Assembly: GCA_965277715.1 (NCBI GenBank)
Contig: OZ255836.1
Location: forward strand, 2,176,001-2,240,000
Origin: Gammaproteobacteria bacterium
GTDB taxonomy: Bacteria > Pseudomonadota > Gammaproteobacteria > JBCCGL01
DNA length: 64,000 nt
Direction: 5' to 3'
This document shows positions 28,924-38,060 of this stretch, piece after piece. The notes beneath the pieces are model-generated. The model had not been told where the DNA came from, searched no databases, and worked only from the letters and a program-made list of their open reading frames with translations. Position 1 is the stretch's first letter. Each line of letters starts with the position of its first letter. The position numbers and the translations under genes were made by a program.

Positions 28924-29888
28924 CTGCGCCGATCAACCGATGCATAGGCAATGGCTTGCAGTGCCCGCTTAAAAGGTGAATCATCAATCGCTGCCAGTTG
29001 CTCCACTGCCAGTGACGACTCCCGCTCTGCCAGTGCCTGCGCTTCATCCAGCACACCGGTTACCTGGATAATAGCCAGTATTGCATCGATCTTTTCACGG
29101 CCACCTTGCTCAATCGCTTCACGAAGCACTGCAACCTGAGACGGATTGCCGCGCTTTATCGCTAAGATCAGGGGTAGCGTCGGCTTACCTTCGGCGAGGT
29201 CATCCCCCAGGTTTTTCCCCATTTGTGCCGCATCAGCACTGTAATCAAGGATATCATCGACCAGTTGAAAAGCAGTACCAAGGTGCATCCCGTAGTTGGC
29301 CAGCGCCGTTTCCTGCGCCTCTGGCAGGCCAGCCAATACTGCGCCAAGGCGGGTTGCCGCCTCAAACAACTTTGCCGTCTTGGCGTGAATAACATTGAGG
29401 TAAGTTTGTTCCGTCGTATCCGGGTCATTGATATTCAGTAACTGTAAAACCTCCCCTTCGGCGATCACATTGGTGGTATTGGCCAGAATCTCCATTACCC
29501 GCATACTGCCCACCTCAACCATCATCTCAAAGGCACGTGAATACAAAAAATCGCCCACCAGTACCGCCGCCTCATTACCCCATACGGCATTGGCCGTATC
29601 GCGGCCACGCCGCATGGTGGAATCGTCAACGACATCGTCGTGCAGCAGGGTGGCGGTATGAATAAATTCAACGATCGCGGCAAGGTCAATGTGTTGATTG
29701 CCACAGTAACCCGCCGCCTGCGCGGCCAGCAACACCAACTGGGGGCGCAGGCGCTTGCCACCGCTACTGACGATGTAGTACGACAACTGATTAATCAGTA
29801 CCACATCCGATCTCAGGCACTCGCTGATAAAATTATCGACACGACGCATATCGTCCGCGATTAAAGCCTGGCTTTGTTTAAGGTTCAT
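28920..29888 (-). CDS. ispB: Octaprenyl-diphosphate synthase
   Basis: 'GGKRLRP', FARM 'LLHDDVVD', SARM '[10 protein letters not shown]', '[16 protein letters not shown]'. Confidence 0.93.
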   Translation of the reverse strand: MNLKQSQALIADDMRRVDNFISECLRSDVVLINQLSYYIVSSGGKRLRPQLVLLAAQAAGYCGNQHIDLAAIVEFIHTATLLHDDVVDDSTMRRGRDTANAVWGNEAAVLVGDFLYSRAFEMMVEVGSMRVMEILANTTNVIAEGEVLQLLNINDPDTTEQTYLNVIHAKTAKLFEAATRLGAVLAGLPEAQETALANYGMHLGTAFQLVDDILDYSADAAQMGKNLGDDLAEGKPTLPLILAIKRGNPSQVAVLREAIEQGGREKIDAILAIIQVTGVLDEAQALAERESSLAVEQLAAIDDSPFKRALQAIAYASVDRRS

Positions 29889-30025
29889 CTGGGTTTTATC
29901 AATACACTTATAGGGAAGGGACAAGGGATCGCCCTCATGGGCAATCGGTAAATCCTAAAAACGCACGCCATACCTGTCAAGCAATGTTATGCCTGGTGTT
30001 TTGCTTACTGGGCGATATAACCCAA

Positions 30026-30159
30026 GAGCTTCTGGTAGCTTCTGGGACAGGAGCTTCTGGGACAGGCATCAAATAATAGAGCTTCTGGAAACGAGTTTCT
30101 GGAGTTTCTGGGACAGGCATTAAATAGGAGTTTCTGGGACAAGCATCAAATAATTGACA
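30026..30159 (+). repeat. Seven-copy stutter array of GAGYTTCTG[GGACAGGCATYAAATAA], variably 3'-truncated
   Basis: Copies start at 30026, 30036, 30051, 30079, 30093, 30102 and 30128; the last runs into TTGACA. Confidence 0.9.
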
Positions 30160-30206
30160 GATAGCCTTACTCTCTTTTAGGATGGCGTCCAACCAGCGTT
30201 AAAGGA
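30154..30206 (+). promoter_or_regulatory. Putative sigma70 promoter TTGACA-N18-TAGGAT and RBS (AAAGGA) for the HUH transposase
   Basis: -35 at 30154-30159, -10 at 30178-30183, RBS at 30201-30206, ATG at 30214. Confidence 0.55.
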
Positions 30207-30213
30207 ACTGACC

Positions 30214-31179
30214 ATGACCCGCCCCCGCAAAGACCAAATCTCACTATCAGACACCCCCTACTACCACATCGTATCGCGCTGTGTACGGCGCACCTTTCTC
30301 TGCGGGCTGGACCCACTGACTCAACACGACTATGAACACCGTCGTCAGTGGATTGTCGACCGCATCCGGCTGCTCTCATCGCTCTTTGCCGTTGACCTGT
30401 GCGCCTACGCCATCATGAGCAATCATTACCACCTCACCGTTAAACTCAACCCAGAACAAATCGATACACTAACTGACCAGGAAGTTATCAACCGCTGGTT
30501 AAGCCTGCACAAAGGCTCCCTGTTGGTTCAAAAAATGCAGGCGGGGGAAACCCTCAGCACCGCTGAATATCACGCCGTTGGCGATATTGTCACCGCCTGG
30601 CGCCAACGCCTGAGCAGCTTAAGCTGGTTTATGAAGTGCCTTAACGAACCCATTGCCCGGCGGGCCAACAAAGAAGACGAGTGCACTGGCCATTTCTGGG
30701 AGGCCCGATTTAAATCACAGGCACTGCGCTCTGATGAAGCCTTATTAGCCAATATGGTCTATGTTGACCTCAACCCTGTCCGCGCTGGTATCGCCGACAA
30801 ACCCGAGAATGCCGATTACACCAGTATTCAGGAACGTATCACTCCCCAGTTCAATCTCAGACAGGCTGTCCAACAACAAATCACTGGTGAAGAACTACAG
30901 CAGTTCAATGCCCCATTAAAACCACTTCTGCATTTCTCCGAGACCATTAACGACACATCTACCGGCATCCCGCTAAATTTTACTGACTATCTGACTTTGG
31001 TTGACTGGACGGGCAGAGCCATTTGGCAAGACAAGCGGGGGTATATTGCTCAAGACCTGCCGCCAATATTGCAACGACTCAACATTGACAAAGAGAACTG
31101 GTTAAACAACACCCAACACTTTGAATCACGTTATTGGAAGGCATTATCTCACAGGGTAATTGCTGCTGATACCGGATAG
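30214..31179 (+). CDS. HUH/Y1 tyrosine transposase (IS200/IS605 superfamily, RAYT-like long form)
   Basis: 'TPYYHIVSRCVRRTFLCG', HUH 'AYAIMSNHYHL', 'GHFWEARFKS', catalytic Tyr 'YVDLNPVRAG'; no tnpB alongside. Confidence 0.9.
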   Translation: MTRPRKDQISLSDTPYYHIVSRCVRRTFLCGLDPLTQHDYEHRRQWIVDRIRLLSSLFAVDLCAYAIMSNHYHLTVKLNPEQIDTLTDQEVINRWLSLHKGSLLVQKMQAGETLSTAEYHAVGDIVTAWRQRLSSLSWFMKCLNEPIARRANKEDECTGHFWEARFKSQALRSDEALLANMVYVDLNPVRAGIADKPENADYTSIQERITPQFNLRQAVQQQITGEELQQFNAPLKPLLHFSETINDTSTGIPLNFTDYLTLVDWTGRAIWQDKRGYIAQDLPPILQRLNIDKENWLNNTQHFESRYWKALSHRVIAADTG

Positions 31180-31388
31180 TCATTCAACCGCCGCACTCTT
31201 CCAATTTTCTGGATTTTCTCAACTCACTAATAATGGGTTATTTTTGTTTTGCCTGAAAAAATGTTTTTCACTAAAACAAGACTCAATAGTTGGCTCATTA
31301 CACCGAATATCTTTCAAATAGGTGGAAAAAATCAGGTTTGAATATCCTGGGTACCGTTTTCGATTTTCGGGGTATCTTTGCACTTATC

Positions 31389-31613
31389 TATATAGTGTCT
31401 GTCCTGAATGGTCTTGAATGATCTCACTTTATAGTCTCCATTGTGGGCATAACACCGCCATAAACGGATGCAGAAGCATCGCGTAGGCAGTCCGGTGGAA
31501 GCCACGTTTTTTGTGGCCGGAACGTATTTAATGGCCTTGTTACAAGACACTTGCCACGAACTCATATTTACCTATACCTGTTAATATATAGTGCCTGTCC
31601 TATCTACTATCTA
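31389..31613. repeat. Two direct copies of TATATAGTGYCTGTCC (31389-31404, 31585-31600), each followed by a micro-duplication
   Basis: Reverse complement GGACAGRCAC matches the core of the 30026 array; followed by CCTGAATGGT/CTTGAATGAT and CTATCTA/CTATCTA. Confidence 0.75.
31447..31545 (+). other. Solo attC-like integron recombination site
   Basis: R'' GCATAAC ... R' GTTACAA; pairing TAACA/TGTTA and CCATAAA/TTTAATGG with an extra base; inner GCCAC/GTGGC stem. Confidence 0.55.
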
Positions 31614-31684
31614 TACCGAAGAACCCCATAAGCATTAGAAATAATGGTTTTCTTAAAAAACTTATAGAAAACGATCTTTCTTTT

Positions 31685-32023
31685 TTGCAATATACACACT
31701 CTGCTTTAAGTAGATCTATCATGTATGTGCTGACGAATTTTGATAAAAAAATAACATTAGCTATAGCCGCAAAAAAATCTCATATAAGCCCGAGTCACCT
31801 CTCCTATTTATATAAGAAATATTTAAATATATCTTTTAAACAATTTGTTTTGCAAATCCGTGTGGAAAAATCAAAAATTATGTTAACGGAGGAAAAGGAA
31901 ATAAAAATAACAGAAATATCTAACAAAACTGGATTCCATGACCTTAGTCACTTTGAAAAGACGTTTAAAAAATTCGTGGGGATTAACCCAATGCAATATA
32001 AAAACACACACTCTCACATTTGA
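31685..32023 (+). pseudogene. Orphan AraC-family HTH domain (probably truncated regulator)
   Basis: 'HISPSHLSYLYKK...IRVEKSKIML...ITEISNKTGFHDLSHFEKTFKKFVGINPMQY'; no N-terminal sensor domain; AT-rich. Confidence 0.7.
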
Positions 32024-32178
32024 ACCCGTGACATCATAAATCTGAAGAATAGAAGAGGTGCGCAACTGGATCAAGTCAATACATCCAATGGGTAGAATTT
32101 CTGATTAAACAAAGTAAAGCGCCCATCGAATAGCAAATATCGAATAGGCGGTGTTTGTCAAGGTAGTTGTCCGTTTTA

Positions 32179-32934
32179 CTATGCTACTTGCTTTTCAATT
32201 CCATTGTGCTTTTGTCTCATGGCCAAGCCTTCCCTTTCCGGGTTTAACCACACCCCCGATACCGGTTCGAGGTGTTTAATATCCTGGCTCCAGCGTTCAG
32301 GGTGTTTGGCCTTTGCTTGTTCATAAACTGCTTTTCTGGCTGCCAGTATCACGTGATCTTCGCCTTTATGACGTGAGGTTGGTGTCACAAACCCAATGCC
32401 GCTATGGCAATGAGAGTCGTTGTACCATTGCACGAATCCATGCACCCAGTTTCGGGCAGAGGCTAAACTATCAAATGGCTTTGATGGAAAGGTAATATCC
32501 CAAGACCACACCTCGTTTGGCCTTGATGCCAGGTAGCTGTTAGGTTTGTGCCGTTTTTTAGGCGCCGCCGCCTTACCTCGCCGCTGCAGTTGGTTTTCCG
32601 ACTTTAACACCCGATAGAAGCTTGACTCTGATCCAATATACACACCTTCATCCGCCAATTTGGGCACAATTTGCGAGGGGGGTAGCGCTTGGTATTTCGC
32701 TTCATTACAGGTGGTGACAATCAATGCCCGCTCTTCTGCTGTGAACTTATTACTAGGCGCCTGTCGATGAGCGCTGGGTCTGCCATCAGCGCGGACAGTA
32801 CCCGCGTTTGCCCAGCGTCGGTACGTCTTAGGGTGTAACTCAAGCACTTTGCACGCTTTGCCTAATGTAGCGCCAGCGACAACGGCCTCTTTGATTAAAC
32901 GGATACTATTTTGGCGATCTGAATGGCAGGTCAT
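32179..32934 (-). pseudogene. IS3-family OrfB transposase lacking most of the rve/DDE core
   Basis: 'PSQIVPKLADEGVYIGSESSFYRVL', 'PNEVWSWDIT' joined directly to 'FPSKPF...WYNDSHCHSGIGFVTP'; the HSDNG and E helix segments are absent. Confidence 0.8.
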
Positions 32935-33330
32935 TCGTCCTCTCCCTCCCCCAGATCGCTTGGGCCTTTTTTCTAAGCACCAGCAAAGCGGCTGTTTCGG
33001 CTAACGCTTTCTCCTTTCGGTGCAGGTCTTGTTCGAGACGTTTAATACGTTTATCCGCTTCTCTACGACTGGTTTGTAAACGTTTCGTTTGGGCGCGATC
33101 CCAGTCATTGGCTTGTTCACAAGCCATTCGCCATGCCTTAATCTGATCAGGGTACAAACCACGATGACGGCAATAAGCTGAAAGGTCTGTTTCGCTTAAT
33201 GACGCACTTTCCAGAACCGCTGAAAACTTATCCGAAGAACCCCAACCTGCTGGTGTCAAATCGCCATCTGGCATGAGTTCGCCTTTCGCTCTTGCTGGGG
33301 CTCGCCAACTATAAAGCGTACCTTTTGCCT
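32906..33330 (-). pseudogene. IS3-family OrfA, N-terminally deleted
   Basis: 'TLYSWR...DKFSAVLESASLSE...YCRHRGLYPDQIKAWR...KEKALAETAALLVLRKKAQAIWG'; RBS AGGAGG present but no following ATG or first helix. Confidence 0.75.
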
Positions 33331-33383
33331 CCTGTAAAAACTTATTGAATCCCAATTTAGGGAGGGGGACAATTAGCCTGACA

Positions 33384-33553
33384 CAGGGGGAGATCGGCAA
33401 AAAAACAATAAAATGAAAGAGATAAAGTGCCCAAACAACTTCTACAGTAGAGTAGTCTTGGCTTATATATTTTGCAATACCGTCACATATAGGTATTATG
33501 GCTGTCGAGCTTATCATAAGCGTGATACTATATATCTTTGATGATAAAGTCAT
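33384..33553 (-). pseudogene. 5' fragment of a DMT/EamA transporter truncated at the IS end
   Basis: 'ITLMISSTAIIPICDGIAKYISQDYSTVEVVWALYLFHFIVFLP' resembles DMT TM1-TM2 ('DGIAKYL...VVW.RY.F'). Confidence 0.6.
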
Positions 33554-33659
33554 CAATGGCAATTCTTTTTTGAATGGTAATACCACATAATTAAGATTTT
33601 AAACGCTTGATTATTGGAAAAGCCAAATAACAACACTTTGCGCACTTCAATACAACAAA

Positions 33660-36116
33660 GTGAAATCCAAAAAAACTAATATTATGGATGTGATTATGCC
33701 ACCTATTTCGCTCGAACGAAAACCACCGGTTTCGATAGATTTTATTGATAATAGCCCACGGGCTTATATTTGTCTGAATGAAAATGCGATCTGTTTATAT
33801 GCAAACCAAGCCGCTCGGCAGCTCCTATTTTCTCAGGGTGACCAACTTAAAAACCTTTCCCTTGTTTCCTCTGATGAATATATTTATAAGACTGGCTGGA
33901 AGTCTTTTTTAGAATCGATTAAGTACAATAACTTAAGGTACACAACAACTTATAAACGCAGTGATGGCGCTGCTATTGCACTCGATGTGGGAGTTCAGTT
34001 GTGCGAACTATCTGGAGAAAAATTAATTTGGCTTAGCCTGTACGATATTTCCGACTGGGACAAGCGAGAGAAATTGCTACTACAACGAGAAAGGCAATTC
34101 AGGGCTTTCTTTGAAAATTCGATGACGGATATAAATTTAAAGGATAAAGATGGGCGTTACATTATGGTAAACAGAGAGTTTGAAAGAAATTTTGATCTAG
34201 AGTGCGGCGCAGCCGAAGGCAAGCTACCGGGCGATATTTTTCCTACGGATTTCGCTAAACATGTGCGACAACAGGATATTGAGGTGATGGAGTCAGGAAA
34301 GATTAGTATACAAGAAGATACTGTGCCTAAAGGCTATGGCGATAAAGAGGAAAATACGCTATTAGTTAGCAAATTTCCTATCTATGGACCAAATAACACC
34401 CTAGAAGGTCTGGGTGTTGTAGGAACAGACATCACTTATTTAAAGAAAATTGAGGCACGCTTGCGCGCTAGTGAGGAGCGGTTTATGGATTTTGCTAACG
34501 CCGCTGCAGATTTTTTCTGGGAAATTAATAGCGAATTTAAAATATCGTTTGTATCTTCTGGTTTTTACGATTTAACCGGCCTGCCCGAAAACTCAGTGTT
34601 AAACCTCGATATTAAAACATTTGCCTACAGGTATATTGAAAATTATCAGCAACTGCACACACATTATACGGAAATAAAAAATGGCATGGGTTTTGAAAAT
34701 GTGCTTTATCATATTCAGCATCCCCAAAAAGGATTGCGTATTCTAAAAAGTAACGGCAAGCCCCTATATGATGAAACGTCTAAAATCATAGGCTTTCGTG
34801 GCGCTGGATGTGATGTCACCGAAGCACAAAACTTATCGGACAAGTTGGCGTACGAAGCAAAATATGATCACCTAACAAACCTTCTGAATCGCCGGGGGTT
34901 TGAGAGTATTTTGCAGCAATTTTTTCTTGGCAAACGACATACAGATTCCAATAAGATTTTGCTATATCTCGATTTGGATCAGTTCAAAGTTGTCAATGAT
35001 ACATGTGGTCATCCGGCGGGGGATGCGTTGTTGAAACAAACTACATTAACTTTACGGGGCGCTATTAGAGAATACGATGTGGCGGCGCGCATGGGGGGTG
35101 ATGAGTTTGCGGTGGTGTTGCAAAATTGTACGCTCAACGCAGCGATCAAATTAGCCAACCATGTTCGCGCCCATATCGCGGAGCAAAAATTTTTCTGGGA
35201 AGGCAGGCTATTCAAGGTCACGGCAAGTATCGGTATAGCAACGATTGACGATAGCGAAGATATGGCACAGTTGCTAAGTGCCGCCGATGCAGCTTGCTAT
35301 GCAGCTAAAGATCAAGGTAAAAACAGAGTTTATGTATATAGTAAATCCGATGATATGCTCCGCTTGCGTTACCGTGAGATGCATAGTTTGTCCTATATCA
35401 ACAAAGCGTTAGATGACGACAGTTTTATACTGCGCTATCAGCCTATCGTTAGTACGTCAGGCACAGCAGATGCGGTAAGCATTGGTGAAATACTCGTTCA
35501 TTTGCGCGACCCCAAAGGGAAGGAAATTTCAGCGGACAAAATCATGCAGGCGGCAGAGCGTTATGGCGTTGTAACACAAATTGACCGATGGGTTATTGGC
35601 CGTGTATTTTCTTTACTGGACACAAACAAAATAGCACTATCCAGTCAGGATATTATCGCGATCAATATATCCGCCGCTTCTTTGGGCAGTGAAGGTTTTG
35701 TCGAGTTTATTGAATCTTCACTCTCTAAGGCCAACTTTCTCAGCTCGTGTATATGCTTTGAATTGACAGAGACGGCGGTTGTGTCCAAATTGTCGCTTGC
35801 AAGGGATTTTATGCTTCGGTTGAAACGTTTGGAATGTAAGTTTGCCCTTGACGATTTCGGTAGTGGCATGTCGTCATTTTCTTATTTGAAAAATTTACCC
35901 GTGGATATCGTAAAGATTGACGGGCAATTTATTCGCAACTTGGCACAAAATCCTGTCGATAGCGCCATTGTGGAAGCCATAACAACCGTTGCTCACAAAT
36001 TGAAGTTAAAGGTTGTCGCCGAGCACGTTGAAGATATCGCACTACAGACCCCGCTCAGGGAAATCGGCGTCGATTATATCCAGGGATATGCTATAGCGCG
36101 CCCCTTTGTACTGTAG
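33660..36116 (+). CDS. PAS-PAS-GGDEF-EAL c-di-GMP signalling protein
   Basis: PAS 'KDKDGRYIMVN' and 'ADFFWEIN'; 'DHLTNLLNRR', 'DLDQFKVVND..GH', 'RMGGDEF'; 'YQPIV..EIL', 'FELTET', 'DDFGSGMSS', 'KIDGQF', 'QGY'. Confidence 0.95.
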   Translation: MKSKKTNIMDVIMPPISLERKPPVSIDFIDNSPRAYICLNENAICLYANQAARQLLFSQGDQLKNLSLVSSDEYIYKTGWKSFLESIKYNNLRYTTTYKRSDGAAIALDVGVQLCELSGEKLIWLSLYDISDWDKREKLLLQRERQFRAFFENSMTDINLKDKDGRYIMVNREFERNFDLECGAAEGKLPGDIFPTDFAKHVRQQDIEVMESGKISIQEDTVPKGYGDKEENTLLVSKFPIYGPNNTLEGLGVVGTDITYLKKIEARLRASEERFMDFANAAADFFWEINSEFKISFVSSGFYDLTGLPENSVLNLDIKTFAYRYIENYQQLHTHYTEIKNGMGFENVLYHIQHPQKGLRILKSNGKPLYDETSKIIGFRGAGCDVTEAQNLSDKLAYEAKYDHLTNLLNRRGFESILQQFFLGKRHTDSNKILLYLDLDQFKVVNDTCGHPAGDALLKQTTLTLRGAIREYDVAARMGGDEFAVVLQNCTLNAAIKLANHVRAHIAEQKFFWEGRLFKVTASIGIATIDDSEDMAQLLSAADAACYAAKDQGKNRVYVYSKSDDMLRLRYREMHSLSYINKALDDDSFILRYQPIVSTSGTADAVSIGEILVHLRDPKGKEISADKIMQAAERYGVVTQIDRWVIGRVFSLLDTNKIALSSQDIIAINISAASLGSEGFVEFIESSLSKANFLSSCICFELTETAVVSKLSLARDFMLRLKRLECKFALDDFGSGMSSFSYLKNLPVDIVKIDGQFIRNLAQNPVDSAIVEAITTVAHKLKLKVVAEHVEDIALQTPLREIGVDYIQGYAIARPFVL

Positions 36117-36201
36117 GAAAGAGAGAAGGGAAAAATATGGGTGTCCATAAAACAGTGTGTCACCGTGTATGTCTTCGGCCAATCATATTAGTTTTAGCTA
36201 T

Positions 36202-37140
36202 TCAAATACTGCCACTCGCTGAATCGCATCGATAATACCTGTCCTTCCCAGTCAACGGGCAACAAAAACGTAACGAAACGGCCATTAGCTGTAAGTCACA
36301 CTGATCACCACCACCGTAGAGGCGATCACCAACAATGGGGAAACCTGCAGCACTGAGGTGTTTTCGAATTTGGTGTTTGCGCCCGGTATCGATGCGTAGC
36401 TGTAATATAGATTGGTTCTGCGCTGTATCGACCTGTAATGCGTTTGCGTGTGTACGTGCAGTTCGATTATCGATGGGTTCATCAAATACAGTAACAGCAT
36501 CTTCGATGGGAAACTGCCCATGCACGATAGCACGGTACTGTTTATCGATGGTTTTATTTATAAACATAGCCGCCAATAATCCAGCGGTTTTTTTACTGTG
36601 CGCAATCAGCATTAGCCCACTGGCTGCACGGTCAAGGCGATGAATAGTCAATGCCGGACGATGCTTTTTATCATGTGTTTCAACCCAACGCGATAACGTG
36701 CAGTGGTCACCCCATTTTGACCCCTGTGACAGCATGCGTGTAGGTTTGTACCACACACTATAATCGCCTTCATCCGCGATCAGATCAGGGGGAGAAACCG
36801 TTTGCCTGAGCACGGACGGATCGTAGTAGAGGTGCAGCTCGCTACCCGGCTGTACTGTTTTTTTGGCACGCCGCAAACGCCGAACACCCCTGCTGTCGGT
36901 AACCCAAACCGCGCCTTTTTGCATAATCGATTTTATTTCCCGCACTGACAGGCCCGTAGCTTCTGATAGCAAAGTGGCCGCCCCAAAATGGGTTTGCCCA
37001 ACCTTAATATGGTGCTCTTTTGAATGAGTTATGCTGGTATTCTCTGCCACGTATTTATCTTTAAACTCTACTGGAATGGGCTGACACGCAGTGGCGCAGA
37101 GTAAATCTATACAGCTTTTTTGTCGGTTTTTGTTTTCCAA
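36202..37140 (-). CDS. RluA-family pseudouridine synthase
   Basis: 'HRLDRAASGLMLIA', 'KQYRAIVHG', 'TGRKHQIRKHL...PIVGDRLYG'; start uncertain. Confidence 0.9.
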   Translation of the reverse strand: MENKNRQKSCIDLLCATACQPIPVEFKDKYVAENTSITHSKEHHIKVGQTHFGAATLLSEATGLSVREIKSIMQKGAVWVTDSRGVRRLRRAKKTVQPGSELHLYYDPSVLRQTVSPPDLIADEGDYSVWYKPTRMLSQGSKWGDHCTLSRWVETHDKKHRPALTIHRLDRAASGLMLIAHSKKTAGLLAAMFINKTIDKQYRAIVHGQFPIEDAVTVFDEPIDNRTARTHANALQVDTAQNQSILQLRIDTGRKHQIRKHLSAAGFPIVGDRLYGGGDQCDLQLMAVSLRFCCPLTGKDRYYRCDSASGSI

Positions 37141-38060
37141 CGGCTGATCGTAAGCCCTGAAAAAATCAACAAAAGTGCCAGCCCGGCACTCACACTCAGC
37201 ACTTCATTGAGCAGCAGCCACCCCCAAAATACGCCGAAGAGAGGCACTAGGTAACTGACCTGCGAGATAAACGTTGTGCCCACCTCCTGAATCAATTGAA
37301 ACCGCAGCAGGTAGGCCAGGCCGGTGGGAATTGCACCGAGGTAGAGCAACGCCGCCAATGAATGCCAGCGGGCATCCACTATTGCAGGGGCGTCCAGTAG
37401 CAAAGCCACTGGCAGCAGATAAGACGCTGTCGCCACGAGAACGGCGGTGGTAAAAATTCTCGGCGGAATATGCGCCAGATGGCGTGCTAAAACCGATGAT
37501 CCGGCATAACAACATGCAGCGGCAACTACCGCTAACTGAGCGATGATCGAGTGGCTGTCGCCATCGGCAATATCACCGCTCACCAGCACTAAAATACCGC
37601 TAAAGCCACACACCAGGCTTATCAGCTTGCGCAGGGTAAATCGGTCATCGCGGGTAAAGAAGTGCGAGAGTATCAGCATCATAAACGGCCCACTGGCCAT
37701 CAGTGTCGCCGCTGTGCCGCTGTCGATGCTGCGTTGTCCAAAACCTATCAGGACAAACGGCAAGGCGCTGTTGAAAAAGCCGATCACAACAATAAGCAGC
37801 CAGTCCCGGCCAGACTGGGGCAAGGGGTCTTTGTAGTGCAGCGCGAGTGCTAACAATAATACAGCGGCGAGGGCGATACGGAATGCCGCTATCACCAGTG
37901 GAGAGAAGTCATTCAGGGCGATTTCGATACTGAAGAATGACGAACCCCATATTGCACCGAGCAATACGAGTTTTCCTGTATCGAGCCATGTGGCCGTGCG
38001 GATGGTTTTCAAGCGGGTATCCAAGGATGCGATGCAGCGCAGGAATAGGGAGTTACTCAT
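37107..38060 (-). CDS. DMT/EamA family transporter
   Basis: 'LGAIWGSSFF', 'NSALPF', 'YLGAIPTGLAYLL', 'YLVPLFGVFWG'; about 10 TM segments. Confidence 0.92.
   Translation of the reverse strand: MSNSLFLRCIASLDTRLKTIRTATWLDTGKLVLLGAIWGSSFFSIEIALNDFSPLVIAAFRIALAAVLLLALALHYKDPLPQSGRDWLLIVVIGFFNSALPFVLIGFGQRSIDSGTAATLMASGPFMMLILSHFFTRDDRFTLRKLISLVCGFSGILVLVSGDIADGDSHSIIAQLAVVAAACCYAGSSVLARHLAHIPPRIFTTAVLVATASYLLPVALLLDAPAIVDARWHSLAALLYLGAIPTGLAYLLRFQLIQEVGTTFISQVSYLVPLFGVFWGWLLLNEVLSVSAGLALLLIFSGLTISRWKTKTDKKAV

Larger units (their letters stand above)
32156..33383 (-). mobile_element. IS3-family insertion sequence, internally deleted
   Basis: IRs TGTCAAGGTAGTTGTCC (32156-32172) and GGACAATTAGCCTGACA (33367-33383), 14/17 match, TG...CA ends; overlapping orfA/orfB. 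Confidence 0.8.

Noticed and set aside
30026-30159. CRISPR array
   Set aside because: Units vary from about 9 to 32 nt, there are no unique spacers of regular length, and no cas genes are in the window.
29977-30192. 71-aa minus-strand ORF with 'MPVPE' repeats
   Set aside because: A by-product of the DNA stutter array; it overlaps the transposase promoter and has no protein family features.
32906-33586. Intact 226-aa gene
   Set aside because: It crosses an IS inverted repeat and is a DMT-fragment/OrfA chimera; annotated as pseudogene parts.
31180-36200. Complete integron
   Set aside because: No tyrosine-recombinase intI gene and only one attC-like site seen.
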